Below, one piece after another: positions 46,219-56,565 of a stretch of 64,000 nucleotides of DNA. The stretch is taken from IMG/VR virus record IMGVR_UViG_3300037471_001511, positions 1 to 64,000 of that record; one strand, given 5' to 3'. A model generated the notes under the pieces. It was not told where the DNA came from. It did not search any database and was given only the letters and a program-made list of their open reading frames with translations. The DNA comes from a virus (taxonomy: Duplodnaviria; Heunggongvirae; Uroviricota; Caudoviricetes). Position 1 is the first letter of the stretch; every line of letters begins with the position of its first letter. Position numbers and translations under genes: made by a program.

Positions 46219-46932
46219 TCACACCCCCAAGAACGGATCGGTGCGGTCGGTGAAGATCAGCGGCTGGTAGCCGGTCAGGGTCCGCCCGGAGAGCGTGGTG
46301 ACGGCCGCATCCAGTTCGAGGGCGGCGACGCGCCGCAGTTTCTCGAGGTCGACCGGGAACCGTTCGGTCTTCAGCGCGCCGTCGGCCTCCGACTTGGTCA
46401 GCCGCAGCTGCAGCGACGGGATCAGGTTCAGCACGGCCTGGGCGACCACCGCCTTGTTGGCGGAGCGCTCGTCGACCTCGTCGCCGGCCAGCGCAGCGTC
46501 CAGCACGGTCAGGGTCAGTTTCTCGCCGACGTCGAAGTAGGCGGCGACCATGTCGATGTCGGCGTCGGGCAGCTCGCTCGGCGACACGCCGACGAAGCTG
46601 CGCACGTCGGCCGGCCCCACCGCCAGGTTCAGGAAGCCGATCAGGCGGTAGACCACCGGGATCGAGAACGGCTTGTTGTCGACCGTGCCGCTGACGATGA
46701 GCGTGCGCTTCTCGGTCTTCCGCCCGCCGCTCAGGGCGTTGTTGATCGCGCCGATCGGCACGAGCGCGACGGTGTCGGTCTGGCCGGACAGCGCCCAGTT
46801 CACCAGAACCGCGCCGGTATGTCCGCGCAGCTCGAGATTGATGCTCCCTGCGTCGGCCACGAAGGGTTCGTCGTCCCGCAGCAACGGGACGGCGAGGGTG
46901 ATGTCCGTGCCGGCGAGGAAGGCCTGCGTCAT
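46219..46932 (-). CDS. hypothetical structural protein (237 aa)
   Basis: ORF in series. Confidence 0.45.
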   Translation of the reverse strand: MTQAFLAGTDITLAVPLLRDDEPFVADAGSINLELRGHTGAVLVNWALSGQTDTVALVPIGAINNALSGGRKTEKRTLIVSGTVDNKPFSIPVVYRLIGFLNLAVGPADVRSFVGVSPSELPDADIDMVAAYFDVGEKLTLTVLDAALAGDEVDERSANKAVVAQAVLNLIPSLQLRLTKSEADGALKTERFPVDLEKLRRVAALELDAAVTTLSGRTLTGYQPLIFTDRTDPFLGV

Positions 46933-47282
46933 CCCTTGCCTCGACGGGGATAGGTCTTGCTGGCGGCCACCGATTTCGGCGCTTGCGGCGCCGGCGCCTC
47001 AGGCGCTGGCGCGGGTTCAGGCGCCGCGGCGGCTTCGACCGGATACATGGCCAGGAAGGCGGCGACCGCGAGGTCGGCCCCGTCCTGCTTCACCATGGCG
47101 GCGAGTTCCTTGTCGGTGCCGGCGTCGTTGACCTGGCCCAGCACCTTCACGCGCCCGCGCGCGACGGCCTGGTCGACCAGCGTGAACGACCGCACGACGC
47201 ACGGCCGCTGCGGACGGACCCACTGCTCTTCGCCAGCGCCGTAGATCTGGAACGGTCCCGTGGTGGCGACGACCAGTTTCAT
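46929..47282 (-). CDS. hypothetical protein with Ala/Pro-rich C-terminus (117 aa)
   Basis: internal ATG 47282. Confidence 0.4.
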   Translation of the reverse strand: MKLVVATTGPFQIYGAGEEQWVRPQRPCVVRSFTLVDQAVARGRVKVLGQVNDAGTDKELAAMVKQDGADLAVAAFLAMYPVEAAAAPEPAPAPEAPAPQAPKSVAASKTYPRRGKG

Positions 47283-47338
47283 GATGGATGCTCCAAGTAG
47301 AAAGGGCCGGGGTTTCCCCCGGCCCCCTCGTCTCGCCG

Positions 47339-48556
47339 TTAGGCGCTGTAGTCGAAGATCGACCGGGTGTCGCCGAAGACCAGGCGGTAGCCCGCGTTGA
47401 TGGTCTTCACGTACTTCACCTCTTGGGTCTCGATGGACCGCTCGGACTCGTTGATCAGCGAGCCCGCTTCGACCAGCTCTTCCAGCGTGTCGGCCTTGGA
47501 GAAGCCAATGAGCTGGTTGGCCGGCGCCGTCGAGGACAGGACGAAGTCCACCGAGCCCTGCAGGATCGGGATCCCGCGCAGCTGGTAGCCCGAACGGGCC
47601 ATCAGCTCGACGTCGGTGTGGAGCTTGTCGCTCGAAGGCACCGCGAAGAGCCACAGCCACTGCAGGTAGGCGTCCCAGTTACCGACGATGGTGTCGACCG
47701 GGGTGCCGTTCTTCGCGCGGCTGATCAGCCAAGCCGTCAGGTTGCGGTAGGCGATCTTGCCGGGCGTCGAGGCGACACCGGCGTCGGTGTCGAAGTCCGA
47801 CTGGTCGACCACGGTGGCCGCCGGGTGGGCGGACAGGCCGTCGCCGTTGATCAGCATGGAGGTCGCCGCGGCCACCTTCGAACGCTCGATCTGGGCTTGG
47901 GTGCGCTGGGCGTACGGGGTCAGCAGGTCGAGGCCGGCCCGACGAGCGAACTCGTAGGTGACCTTGTAGCCGTTGCCGTACTTCCAGAACTTCACCGAGT
48001 GCTCGGACGTGCGGATCGAGTGGATCGGCACGCGCGAACCTTCGGCGATGGCCCGGGTCGTCTCTTCGTAGTCCGCCTGCGCGTCCTCGACGACGGTGGT
48101 GAGCAGCTCCACGCCGTTGACGGTGCGGGTCTGCGCGACCATGCCGGCCGTGGTCTCGAAGTTGGTCTGGCGGTACTTCCACTGGACCATGTCGTCGATC
48201 ACTTCGGGGAACATCGCCCGAGTGCCCGGGAAGGTCTGGAAGGTGTCCGCCGCGGCCTGCAGCATGATGCCGCCATCGAGGTCGTCCCGCACCGGCAGAT
48301 GGAGGTAGCTGAGCGCCGCCTCGTAGCCGTTGATGAACTTGCCCTCGCCGTCGACGTACTGCTTGCGCTCGTCGCCTTCGGACAGACGGGGATCGACCGC
48401 CAGGCGCAGGTAGGAGCGCAGGTCCAGCCCGTAGTCACGGGCCGAGGCGATCAGCTTCAGGCCGGCCTCCTTCGACTGGCCTTCGCTTTCCGACCGGAGG
48501 CCGGAGAGCAGGGCCGAAGGAGCCTGGCGCTTGATGTCGGTGGTGCTGCGGAGCAT
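47339..48556 (-). CDS. major capsid protein (HK97-fold candidate)
   Basis: 405 aa, position after scaffold/decoration genes, RBS GGAAG. Confidence 0.65.
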   Translation of the reverse strand: MLRSTTDIKRQAPSALLSGLRSESEGQSKEAGLKLIASARDYGLDLRSYLRLAVDPRLSEGDERKQYVDGEGKFINGYEAALSYLHLPVRDDLDGGIMLQAAADTFQTFPGTRAMFPEVIDDMVQWKYRQTNFETTAGMVAQTRTVNGVELLTTVVEDAQADYEETTRAIAEGSRVPIHSIRTSEHSVKFWKYGNGYKVTYEFARRAGLDLLTPYAQRTQAQIERSKVAAATSMLINGDGLSAHPAATVVDQSDFDTDAGVASTPGKIAYRNLTAWLISRAKNGTPVDTIVGNWDAYLQWLWLFAVPSSDKLHTDVELMARSGYQLRGIPILQGSVDFVLSSTAPANQLIGFSKADTLEELVEAGSLINESERSIETQEVKYVKTINAGYRLVFGDTRSIFDYSA

Positions 48557-48575
48557 GGGTCAGGCTTCCTTCAGG

Positions 48576-48998
48576 TCAGACCTTCAGCACCCAGGCGGTG
48601 CTGCCGGAGACTTCGACGACGAGGGGGTAGGCGGGCGCGCCGAGGTCGGTGCTGCCGTCCACGGCCTTGATCTCACCGGAGCCGGCGCCCTTGACGCGCG
48701 AGCCGACGGCCACGACCGCGGCGCCCGACAGGCCCGACTTGATGGTGAGCTTGGCGGCGAAGCGCAGGGCGACGGTGCCGAGCAGCGTGCCTTCGTTGGT
48801 GCGGTCCTCGACCGTCTCGAGACGGCCGATGATCACGTCGCCGTCGCCAGCGAGCTTCACCGTGTTGGCGGCGGACGTGTCGAGCGACACGGCCTTGCCG
48901 ACGTCACTGGTGGTGATGCCGGACTTCAGCTTGAAGGTCAGCTGGCTGTCGGGGAAAGAATAGCCCGACAGGTGAACCTGAGTGTGGAAAGCAGCCAC
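48576..48998 (-). CDS. head decoration-like protein (GTG start)
   Basis: 140 aa Gly/Ala/Val/Thr-rich; RBS AGGAGGG. Confidence 0.45.
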   Translation of the reverse strand: MAAFHTQVHLSGYSFPDSQLTFKLKSGITTSDVGKAVSLDTSAANTVKLAGDGDVIIGRLETVEDRTNEGTLLGTVALRFAAKLTIKSGLSGAAVVAVGSRVKGAGSGEIKAVDGSTDLGAPAYPLVVEVSGSTAWVLKV

Positions 48999-49010
48999 GT
49001 CGATCCCTCC

Positions 49011-50117
49011 TTAACGGGCGGTCTTGAACGCGGTGCTGGACCGCGTGTTGGTGTCGGCGTTGTCGACGCCCGGCCCCTTGGACTTGCCGCCGACCGGAAC
49101 CACCGCAGCGAATTGCGCGCGATGCTCGTCGATCAGGGCCAGAAGGGCGTCGACGTCTGAGGGCAGGTTGTCCGAAGACTTGCCGCAGGCGGTCAGGACC
49201 GTGCGGGCTTCGGCCTGGAGCGCGGTGACCGCCTTCTCGACGGCGGCCTTGGCCGCGTCGCGTTCGGTCGCGGCAGCGGCCAGCGGCTCCAGTTCGGCCA
49301 CCCGGGCGTTGGCCGCCTCGAGCTGCGTGGTGGCGGCGGCCAGCTGGGCGAGCGCGGTCGCCTTCTCGGAGGCGGACGCCTCGAGACGCGTCAGGAGTTC
49401 AGGGTCCATCTTGGCGGGGTCCTGCTTGGGGGTCGGAGGCGTGGCGGTCAGGCGCACGCCCGCGAAGCCGGTCTCGGCTCGGGCGGAAGCGGCCAGGCGC
49501 TGGGTTTCGGCGCTGCGGGCGAGGACGGCGTCGGACGGGCCGACGATGCGGGCGCCGTTGGCGGCGCCCTTGCCCACGAGGGACAGTTCGAAGAAGTTCT
49601 TCAGCCCGTCGACGAAGACGTGGACGCCGTTCTCGCCGATGGCGTGGCCTTCGTCGCAGGTCAGCTCGTAGCGCTGCTCCCACGCGTCCGGACCCATGTA
49701 GTCGAAGCCGCAGGCCGAGCAGGTCAGCGACTTCATGAGGAAGCCGACCGAGACCTGGTCGATGACGCCGCTGTCGAGCTTGGCGACGACCTCGGGGTGG
49801 GTGGATCCGTCGACGGCGAACCAGCCGCGTAGCTGGTCGTCGGACCCGACCTCGCCGTAGAAGAGCCGGCCGAACGGCGCAGCCTCGGTGTCGTGCTGCA
49901 TCTGCAGCGGCACCGACTCCTTGTTGATGGCGGTCGCCATCTCGCTCAGCAGCGAGAGGCTGTTGCGCGCACCTTGGAAGATCCCGCTGGATTTCCGGAG
50001 CGGCAGAGTGTTGAGCAGCGTCGCCTCGTAGACCGCAAGACGCGACAGGTCGGCGTCCGCGCCGAAAGCGGCGCGAAGTCGCTCAAGAACCTGCGGGGTC
50101 TTCGAGATCTGCTTCAT
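49011..50117 (-). CDS. prohead protease/scaffolding protein
   Basis: N-terminal globular domain followed by long Ala/Glu-rich coiled-coil (scaffold-like); position after portal region. Confidence 0.5.
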   Translation of the reverse strand: MKQISKTPQVLERLRAAFGADADLSRLAVYEATLLNTLPLRKSSGIFQGARNSLSLLSEMATAINKESVPLQMQHDTEAAPFGRLFYGEVGSDDQLRGWFAVDGSTHPEVVAKLDSGVIDQVSVGFLMKSLTCSACGFDYMGPDAWEQRYELTCDEGHAIGENGVHVFVDGLKNFFELSLVGKGAANGARIVGPSDAVLARSAETQRLAASARAETGFAGVRLTATPPTPKQDPAKMDPELLTRLEASASEKATALAQLAAATTQLEAANARVAELEPLAAAATERDAAKAAVEKAVTALQAEARTVLTACGKSSDNLPSDVDALLALIDEHRAQFAAVVPVGGKSKGPGVDNADTNTRSSTAFKTAR

Positions 50118-50194
50118 GCGGCCAGATAAATGACCGCACGACAGGTTGAAGCAACAGCTTCACTCTATGACGACTGATGAGAACTGATGATCTA

Positions 50195-50431
50195 CTAGAA
50201 ATTTCCGAGCAGAGACTGCCCGGCGAACGCCGCCCGGGGCTTCAGCACCGCGAACGCCGCGACCTTGCTGACCATGAACTTGTCAGATGGATTCAGCACC
50301 GCGAACGCGGTGAACTTGGTCACCCCCAGGCCGCTCATGCCCAAGACCGCAAAGGAGGTCACTTTGGTGACCACTTCGCGGTCGCTGGGCGGCCCGAGGA
50401 CCGCAAAGCTGGAGAGCTTTGAAACGTCCAT
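50195..50431 (-). CDS. small protein made of four copies of the same VSK..FAVL repeat found at the gpL-like N-terminus
   Basis: VSKLSSFAVLGPP, VTKVTSFAVLG, VTKFTAFAVLNP, VSKVAAFAVLKP. Confidence 0.5.
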   Translation of the reverse strand: MDVSKLSSFAVLGPPSDREVVTKVTSFAVLGMSGLGVTKFTAFAVLNPSDKFMVSKVAAFAVLKPRAAFAGQSLLGNF

Positions 50432-50434
50432 GGC

Positions 50435-51410
50435 TTAGGCGATGGACTTCACGCCGATCTCGGCGGCGTTCAGGTTGGTGGCGCCCCAGATCGACCCGGT
50501 CGACGGGTCGGTGGCGAAGATCCCGACAACCGGTCCGAACCCCGACGACACGTTCGACAGGTTGCTCGAGAAGTAGTTGGTGCCGCCGATGCGCAGGGCC
50601 GCCTGCAGGTTCTGCGGACCGGTGGCGCCCTTCTTGGCCCGGGCGGTGACCACCAGCGCCTTGATGTCCAACGACCCGATGGTGGCGTCGGTGCAGCCGT
50701 AGGTCTCGACGTCGCCAGCCGAGGTCGAGCTGATGAAGTCGGTGTCGTCGAACGTCGTGGCCTCGTCGACCGCGTTGAAGTCGCCGGTCCACGCCGTGTT
50801 GGTGGCGCTGTTGGCGTTCGGATACATAGTCGCCAGCTTCATGCCGACCGTGCTCTCGTCGGCGCAGATGATCTGTGACCAGTTCAGCGACCCGCCGGTT
50901 TGCGAATGGCGGAACCGGGCCGAAGCGATGTTGGTCACCGCCGACGTGGTGATGGCGCCGGTGGTGGCGACTTGGCTCCCACTTTGGAACAGGGTGGCGG
51001 TCGTCGTCGCGCCGACGACGATGTGGACGTCCCAGGTCTGCAGGTTGGTGTAGTCGAGGGACGTGGGCGACGTGCCCGCCTGCCACGCCGACCCGTCCCA
51101 CACCTCGAGACGCCAGACGTTGCTGCCCGAGGAACTGTTGCGCAGGCGCACGACGTTGGTGCCGCTGCCGTTGAACCACTGGATGCAGTCCGCCACCGCC
51201 GAGCCGAAGTTCGAAAGCTTGGCCTCGAAGTGGCACCAGTAGTCGGTCGTGTTCGCGTGCGTCGGCGTGTCGAAGTAGCTGGTTTGGTTGCTCACGCTTA
51301 TCGCCGACCGGGCGTAGGTCGAGTTGAACGTCCCGGCGGTGGTGACTTCAGTCACGGAGCCGGTCGGGGTGAAGGCGGAAAGTTCGCCGCCAGCGTGAAG
51401 GATCGTCATG
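50435..51410 (-). CDS. hypothetical structural protein (Ser/Thr/Gly-rich, 325 aa)
   Basis: ATG 51410. Confidence 0.45.
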
Positions 51411-51783
51411 CGGCCTCCAGTGCGCCGAAGAGGGTCCAAGTGTCGGTGCCGGTCTTCAGCAGCTGCAGCACGCCGTACTGGCCGGTCGCGGAAGCGTTGA
51501 AGTTGGTCACCTTGTTGATGGTCACGCCGCCGGCGCCGACCACGCTGACCTTGCCGGCGCCGCTCTGGTGCAGCGCGATCGGCGTCCACAGCGGGAAGGC
51601 GACCGAGGCGTTGGTCGGCACGGTCACGGTGACCGCCGAGGCGCTGGTGTAGTCCACCACCCCGCCCAGGTCGGCCAGCACCAGCGTGTCGGTGGTCCCC
51701 GACACGGTGCGGGAGGGCATCGCGTTCTTGGCGAACGCGTCCCGGCTCTGGCTGTCGGTCAGGGCGGCGCCGAGGTACTGCAT
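51406..51783 (-). CDS. hypothetical structural protein (125 aa)
   Basis: TGATG stop/start overlap with upstream gene. Confidence 0.4.
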   Translation of the reverse strand: MQYLGAALTDSQSRDAFAKNAMPSRTVSGTTDTLVLADLGGVVDYTSASAVTVTVPTNASVAFPLWTPIALHQSGAGKVSVVGAGGVTINKVTNFNASATGQYGVLQLLKTGTDTWTLFGALEAA

Positions 51784-52580
51784 CAGCCGACCACCACGAC
51801 GCGGTAGGCGTTGGTCGCCGGCGCCGAAGCGAAGGCGACGGTCACCTGGTTGACCGAGGTGCGGGTGACATCGGCGAGCACCTCGTCGTAGCTGCCGCTG
51901 TTCTTGTAGACCGCGACGGTCACGTCCCGGGTGTTGAGGTTGTGGTTCAGCACGAAGCTCGTCGCCGAGCCGTCGCCGAGGTTGCCAGCCGCCTTCTTGA
52001 TCCGGCCCGACCACGTCGCGAGCTTCAGCGGCGTGACGATCCGCGCGTCGTCGGTGCCGGCGTCCACTTCCGATTGGGTGGCGATCTCGGCGATGCCGGC
52101 GGTGCTCTCGCTGGCGCTCGGCGCGGTCGGAATGAAACTGGTGAAAGTGATGGCGGTGGTGCCGACGGTCGGATCGGCGACGGTGCAGCGCCACGTCGTG
52201 CCGCCGTTGTTGGCGCCACCCGGCTTCACCGGGACGATCGCCGAGTTGAACTCGGCGGAGACGCTCATGTCGGCGGCGCGGGTGGCCGCGCTCGAGGCCC
52301 CGTTCCAGACGTAGATCCCGTTCTCCGAGGGGTCGGTCTGGTTGGGCGCAAGGAAGCGGTCGTTCAGGCCCATGGTCACGCCGTCCAGGCTCGCGCCCGG
52401 CGAGGCGAGGTTCACGTTGACGGCCGGGGCGGCCACCACGTCGTCCTTCCACGCCATGCCCTCGACGGCGGCGTTGAGCTGCTCGTAGACGACCGGCTGG
52501 CCGCTGGCGGTCGCGACCGGCAGGCCGTCGATGCCGGCGCCGCCAGCGAACAGGAGGGAGGTCAGGACGGGTTTGGACAT
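51783..52580 (-). CDS. hypothetical structural protein (265 aa, Ig-like/beta-rich)
   Basis: Ala/Gly/Thr/Val-rich. Confidence 0.45.
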   Translation of the reverse strand: MSKPVLTSLLFAGGAGIDGLPVATASGQPVVYEQLNAAVEGMAWKDDVVAAPAVNVNLASPGASLDGVTMGLNDRFLAPNQTDPSENGIYVWNGASSAATRAADMSVSAEFNSAIVPVKPGGANNGGTTWRCTVADPTVGTTAITFTSFIPTAPSASESTAGIAEIATQSEVDAGTDDARIVTPLKLATWSGRIKKAAGNLGDGSATSFVLNHNLNTRDVTVAVYKNSGSYDEVLADVTRTSVNQVTVAFASAPATNAYRVVVVG

Positions 52581-52590
52581 CGGTGTTCCC

Positions 52591-52890
52591 TCAGATGCAG
52601 CGGACCGAGCCCGTGAACGGGACGGCGAAGGTGACCTGCAGCAGGTTGTCGGTGAGGTGCGCGACGGCCGCCTCCACCTCGAGGCCGCCGTCGCTCAGGA
52701 CGGTGACCACGGGCTTGCGGCCGAGGTTGTGGTTGACGTTCCAGGTGGCCGAGATGCTCGACTGGACATGGACGAAGTCGTCGATGGTCCCGGTCGGGCC
52801 GGCCGGGCCACGCGGACCGCGGATCACCTGCGACACGCCCGCGCGCAGGATCTCGGTGGTGCGGGGACGGCGGATGACCTGCGTCGTCAT
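52591..52890 (-). CDS. small protein with collagen-like GPRGPAGPTG segment
   Basis: Gly-X-Y triplets then beta-rich domain. Confidence 0.4.
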   Translation of the reverse strand: MTTQVIRRPRTTEILRAGVSQVIRGPRGPAGPTGTIDDFVHVQSSISATWNVNHNLGRKPVVTVLSDGGLEVEAAVAHLTDNLLQVTFAVPFTGSVRCI

Positions 52891-53216
52891 GGATCGACGC
52901 TTTCGATCACGATGACTTCGCCACGCAGGAAGGCTTCGGTCTCGAAGTCGATCTGCAGGTCGTAGGTCCCGACCGTGGCGTCGTCGGGCACGTCGTAGAC
53001 GATCTGGAAGCCGGCTCCGCCCGTCTTGCCGACGGTGAGCGTGATCGGCGCCGGCCGGACCTTCCCCGGGCCGACGCGCAGCCGCATGGAGGCGGTGATG
53101 GTGGTGCCCGACAGATCGTCAGGGTCGGTCAGGTCTTCGCCATAGCTTTCGAACGGCTCGATCCAGCGTCGGCCGGTGTAGGCGTAGTACGGCTCGGTCG
53201 CGATGGCGGCTGACAT
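52887..53216 (-). CDS. hypothetical protein (109 aa)
   Basis: ORF in series after portal. Confidence 0.4.
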   Translation of the reverse strand: MSAAIATEPYYAYTGRRWIEPFESYGEDLTDPDDLSGTTITASMRLRVGPGKVRPAPITLTVGKTGGAGFQIVYDVPDDATVGTYDLQIDFETEAFLRGEVIVIESVDP

Positions 53217-53253
53217 GCGGCAGAGCAGATGCCGCAGTCTAGATCAGACGCAA

Positions 53254-54756
53254 TTATGAGGTCTGATGATCCAGTAGATCGAGCGCGGCTTTCACCTTGT
53301 TGTCCCGCGTCTTCTTCGCGCCGTCTGAAACCATGCTCTTGCCGACGGTGCCGCCGTTGACGTTGGAACTGACGTTGTCGGTGTTCACGCCGGCCGGCTG
53401 GGGTTGCATGAAGTTGGTGCCCGACAGCGGCGGCGCGCCGTCGTTGGGCAGGCGGCCGTACATCTGCAGGGTGTACTCCTCGTCGGTGATGATCCCGCTG
53501 CTGAGATCCGCCAGCAGGCGGGTCGACTTCAGCACCCGCTGCGGCTCCAGCTCCAGTTCCGGGCGCAGTTCGGCCGGGGCGAAATGCACCTCGACGAAGC
53601 CGGGGATGCCGTTGGCGTTGAGCAGGAAGGTCAGCAGCTGGTCGAAGAACTGCTTCAGCGGCACGTTCAGCTCGTCGGCGGTCATGGCCGCGATCCGCGC
53701 CTCGACCGAGGCCATGTTGACCCCGCCCTGCCCGCCGCGGCCGATCACCGTGGCCATGGTCTTCAGGGCGGCCTGGTTCTGCGCGTTCAGCACCTCGATC
53801 ACCGAGGTGATGTCGAGCCCGGCGCCCGGGTTCTTCTCGTTGATCATCGACGGCTCGACGCTGTCGAAGTGGACCACCGGCTCGTCGGCGCGCACCGTGC
53901 TCCACGCCTGGGCGATGGCGGTGAGCTGGTCCTTGGCCCACTTGGTCAGTTCTTCCGGCTGGTCGCGGACGTTGGCCGGCGCGTTCTTGAGCAGCACCTC
54001 CTCGACCACCTTGACCGAGATCCGGGGGAAGCCGGTCACGTTCATGATGCGGTAGAGATCGTTGATCACCTGCTGGCGGGCGGCCACGATGTTGATGGCC
54101 GAGACCAGGCTCGAGGTCGGGTAGATGTCGAGCGGGTCGCGGCGATGGAAAGCCACGAAGAAGCTCGGGATGTCGAGCATCACCGGGTCGGATTTGCCCG
54201 GGATCTGCTGGCCGGGCTTCAGGACGCCGGCCTCCTTCTCGAACCACTTGATGGTGTCGATGTCGACGAGCTGGATCCGGTTGGGGACCAGCTTCTTGTC
54301 GAACACCAGTTCGCCCGCGATGGCCCCGCGCAGCAGCAGCATGTAGCGCAGGTCGGCGCACAGGTTGGGCAGGTCGAACTTGAGCTGGAAGCCCTGCGTG
54401 TAGTCGACCGGCCGGGTCAGGATGGTGACCGCCTTGTTCAGTTCGAGGGTGGCGGCCGGGTCGATCTGGCCGTCCGGGTCCTTGACCAGCCAGGTCATGG
54501 GCGTGTTGGCCAGGGTCAGGTGACCGTGGACCGCGGCCGACACGTCCGGGTCGCCCTTGAACAGATCCCGCAGCAGTTCGCGGGAGGTCTTGATCGGCCG
54601 GTCGTCGTACAGCGAGGCGATGTGCTCTCGGTACTGCGGCGCGGTCAGGACCTGGTCCTTCTGCGTCGGCTGGAAGGTCGGGGTGATGGACTGCGCAGCC
54701 TTGGGCTGGCGCTTCACGCCGATCGCGGTGAGGACGGAGTCGAAGACGCTGGCCAT
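53254..54756 (-). CDS. portal protein
   Basis: 500 aa; start ATG 54756 overlaps terminase stop (TGATG); position immediately after large terminase. Confidence 0.7.
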   Translation of the reverse strand: MASVFDSVLTAIGVKRQPKAAQSITPTFQPTQKDQVLTAPQYREHIASLYDDRPIKTSRELLRDLFKGDPDVSAAVHGHLTLANTPMTWLVKDPDGQIDPAATLELNKAVTILTRPVDYTQGFQLKFDLPNLCADLRYMLLLRGAIAGELVFDKKLVPNRIQLVDIDTIKWFEKEAGVLKPGQQIPGKSDPVMLDIPSFFVAFHRRDPLDIYPTSSLVSAINIVAARQQVINDLYRIMNVTGFPRISVKVVEEVLLKNAPANVRDQPEELTKWAKDQLTAIAQAWSTVRADEPVVHFDSVEPSMINEKNPGAGLDITSVIEVLNAQNQAALKTMATVIGRGGQGGVNMASVEARIAAMTADELNVPLKQFFDQLLTFLLNANGIPGFVEVHFAPAELRPELELEPQRVLKSTRLLADLSSGIITDEEYTLQMYGRLPNDGAPPLSGTNFMQPQPAGVNTDNVSSNVNGGTVGKSMVSDGAKKTRDNKVKAALDLLDHQTS

Positions 54757-56489
54757 CAGATGACCCTTTCGAGGCGGCGGCCTTTGCCGGGGAGCTGGCC
54801 GAGCGTGGCGAGGGGAGCGGTCCGGACCCCGAGCAGCCCGACGAGCGTGCGCAGCTCGGTCTCGGACTGGGCGAGGATGATGTTGCGGATCTTCACGCTG
54901 GCCTTGAGCATCACCAGCGAGTGCATGAAGTGGTCGGCCCCGGTGGTCTTCTCCCAGGTGGCCGGCTTCTCGTCCGTCTCGATGCGGACCATGTCGCACA
55001 TGTGCTCGATCAGCACCGAGGCGAGCCCGCCGTAGCCGCGCATCTCGAAGCTGCGGTTCAGCACCGCCTTGACCACCGCGTCGATGGCGGCGGTGCGGTT
55101 GATCTGCACGAAGTTCAGGTTGTCGTACTCGTCGTGGACCAGGTTCACGAGCGGGGCGCCGCGGTACTCCACCGGCAGGACCACGCCCCTGCTCAGGATC
55201 CGGATCCGGTCGGCGGTGGGCGTGTACGGGTGGCGGTCCACCGCGCCGGCCACGATGTTGTAGCTCCGCAGCAGCTGCTCGATGCGGTCCTCAATCTTCT
55301 CCGAGGGCACCTGCTCGAAGTGGAACGGGTCGACGTCGTCACCGCGGGGCACGCCCAGCACGAGGTGGCAGGTCTTGCCCATGTCGCAGCCCAGCGCGAC
55401 GGGAACGGTGGATCCGACCTCGACGCGTTCGGGACCGCGCATGATCAGCTTGACCTTGTCGGGCTCGAGCTTGGAGTTGCCGTCCGAGTAGGTCTGGCCG
55501 AGCACGGTGTTGTACCAGCCCTTGAGCTGGTTGAGCTGCTTCATGCGCAGCAGCTGCTGCAGGATGTACTGGACGGTGATGCGTCCGTGGCAGGGCGAGA
55601 ACGGCGACACCCGGTAGCCGCGGCCCATTCGCGCCGGGTAGGCGGCGACCCACTCCCGCTTGCCGGGATCCCAGAGGTCGAGCTTGGCCGAACAGTGCTC
55701 GCACTTCACGTAGCAGCCGTCGAGGTCGATGCCGGCCACGCCGTCGGCGTCCAGATCGTCGAGCTTTCCGTCGCCCGCGTAGCCGGGCAGGTGCAGGAAG
55801 CCCATCTCGAACCCCGGCGCCTGCCAGTGCCCGCAGCCGTCGCAGCGGACCATGTACTGGCGCTGGTCGGAGGCCTGGTAGGCGGCGTCGATGCCGAAGC
55901 CCGGGTGGGTCGGGGTCGAGAACCGCTGAGTGATCTTGAAGTCGGAGTTCTGCAGGCGCGACTGGTACAGGCCGATCATGGCTTGGTCGGACAGGTCCAG
56001 CTCGTCGTGGAACAGGATGTCGGCCGGTGTCGAGGTGGCGTCGCCCTCGGTCATGCCCAGGATGTGGGCGAAGGAGCCGTCGATCTCGTAGAGTTCCATC
56101 GACCGCGAGGGCTTGGTCTCGTTCAGGGTCGAATTGAACACCGGCTGCGAGACCACGGGCTTGATGCGGGTCTTGCTGTTCTTCTTGAACATCTTCTCGT
56201 CGGGGAAGGTGAAGATCCCAGACGTCGAGCGGTGCCGCTTCAGGAAGGCGAGGAACTTGCGGATCTGCGTTTCGGTCAGGCCGATCTGCGAGCATTTGAT
56301 CACCGCCATGTCGGGGTGCATGTCGTCGACGATCGCCTGCTGGAACTCGAAGCCCTTGAACCCGAACGGCCGCACGCCCAAGCGCGTGTTGGCGGCCAGC
56401 CACTGCGAATAGGTCATCGTCGCGCCGTCCAGCGGGTAGCGGGCGCGCAAGTCCTGATGGAACTGCTCGAGGTGGGGGTTCCGGGCCAT
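54756..56489 (-). CDS. terL: terminase large subunit (lambda gpA-like)
   Basis: 577 aa; CDGCGHW...CEHCS zinc-finger-like pairs as in GpA family; first gene of leftward morphogenesis operon. Confidence 0.7.
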   Translation of the reverse strand: MARNPHLEQFHQDLRARYPLDGATMTYSQWLAANTRLGVRPFGFKGFEFQQAIVDDMHPDMAVIKCSQIGLTETQIRKFLAFLKRHRSTSGIFTFPDEKMFKKNSKTRIKPVVSQPVFNSTLNETKPSRSMELYEIDGSFAHILGMTEGDATSTPADILFHDELDLSDQAMIGLYQSRLQNSDFKITQRFSTPTHPGFGIDAAYQASDQRQYMVRCDGCGHWQAPGFEMGFLHLPGYAGDGKLDDLDADGVAGIDLDGCYVKCEHCSAKLDLWDPGKREWVAAYPARMGRGYRVSPFSPCHGRITVQYILQQLLRMKQLNQLKGWYNTVLGQTYSDGNSKLEPDKVKLIMRGPERVEVGSTVPVALGCDMGKTCHLVLGVPRGDDVDPFHFEQVPSEKIEDRIEQLLRSYNIVAGAVDRHPYTPTADRIRILSRGVVLPVEYRGAPLVNLVHDEYDNLNFVQINRTAAIDAVVKAVLNRSFEMRGYGGLASVLIEHMCDMVRIETDEKPATWEKTTGADHFMHSLVMLKASVKIRNIILAQSETELRTLVGLLGVRTAPLATLGQLPGKGRRLERVI

Positions 56490-56535
56490 CCAAGTGACGG
56501 AAGGGCGAAAACCTACTGAAAGCAAGGTTTGATAC

Positions 56536-56565
56536 TTCCACTGGAACCAATGGTTCCAGTAGAAC
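56536..56565. promoter_or_regulatory. 30-bp compound palindrome TTCCACTGGAACCAATGGTTCCAGTAGAAC in the divergent region between terminase and the primase operon
   Basis: two overlapping motif copies sharing a CCAATGG centre. Confidence 0.55.
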
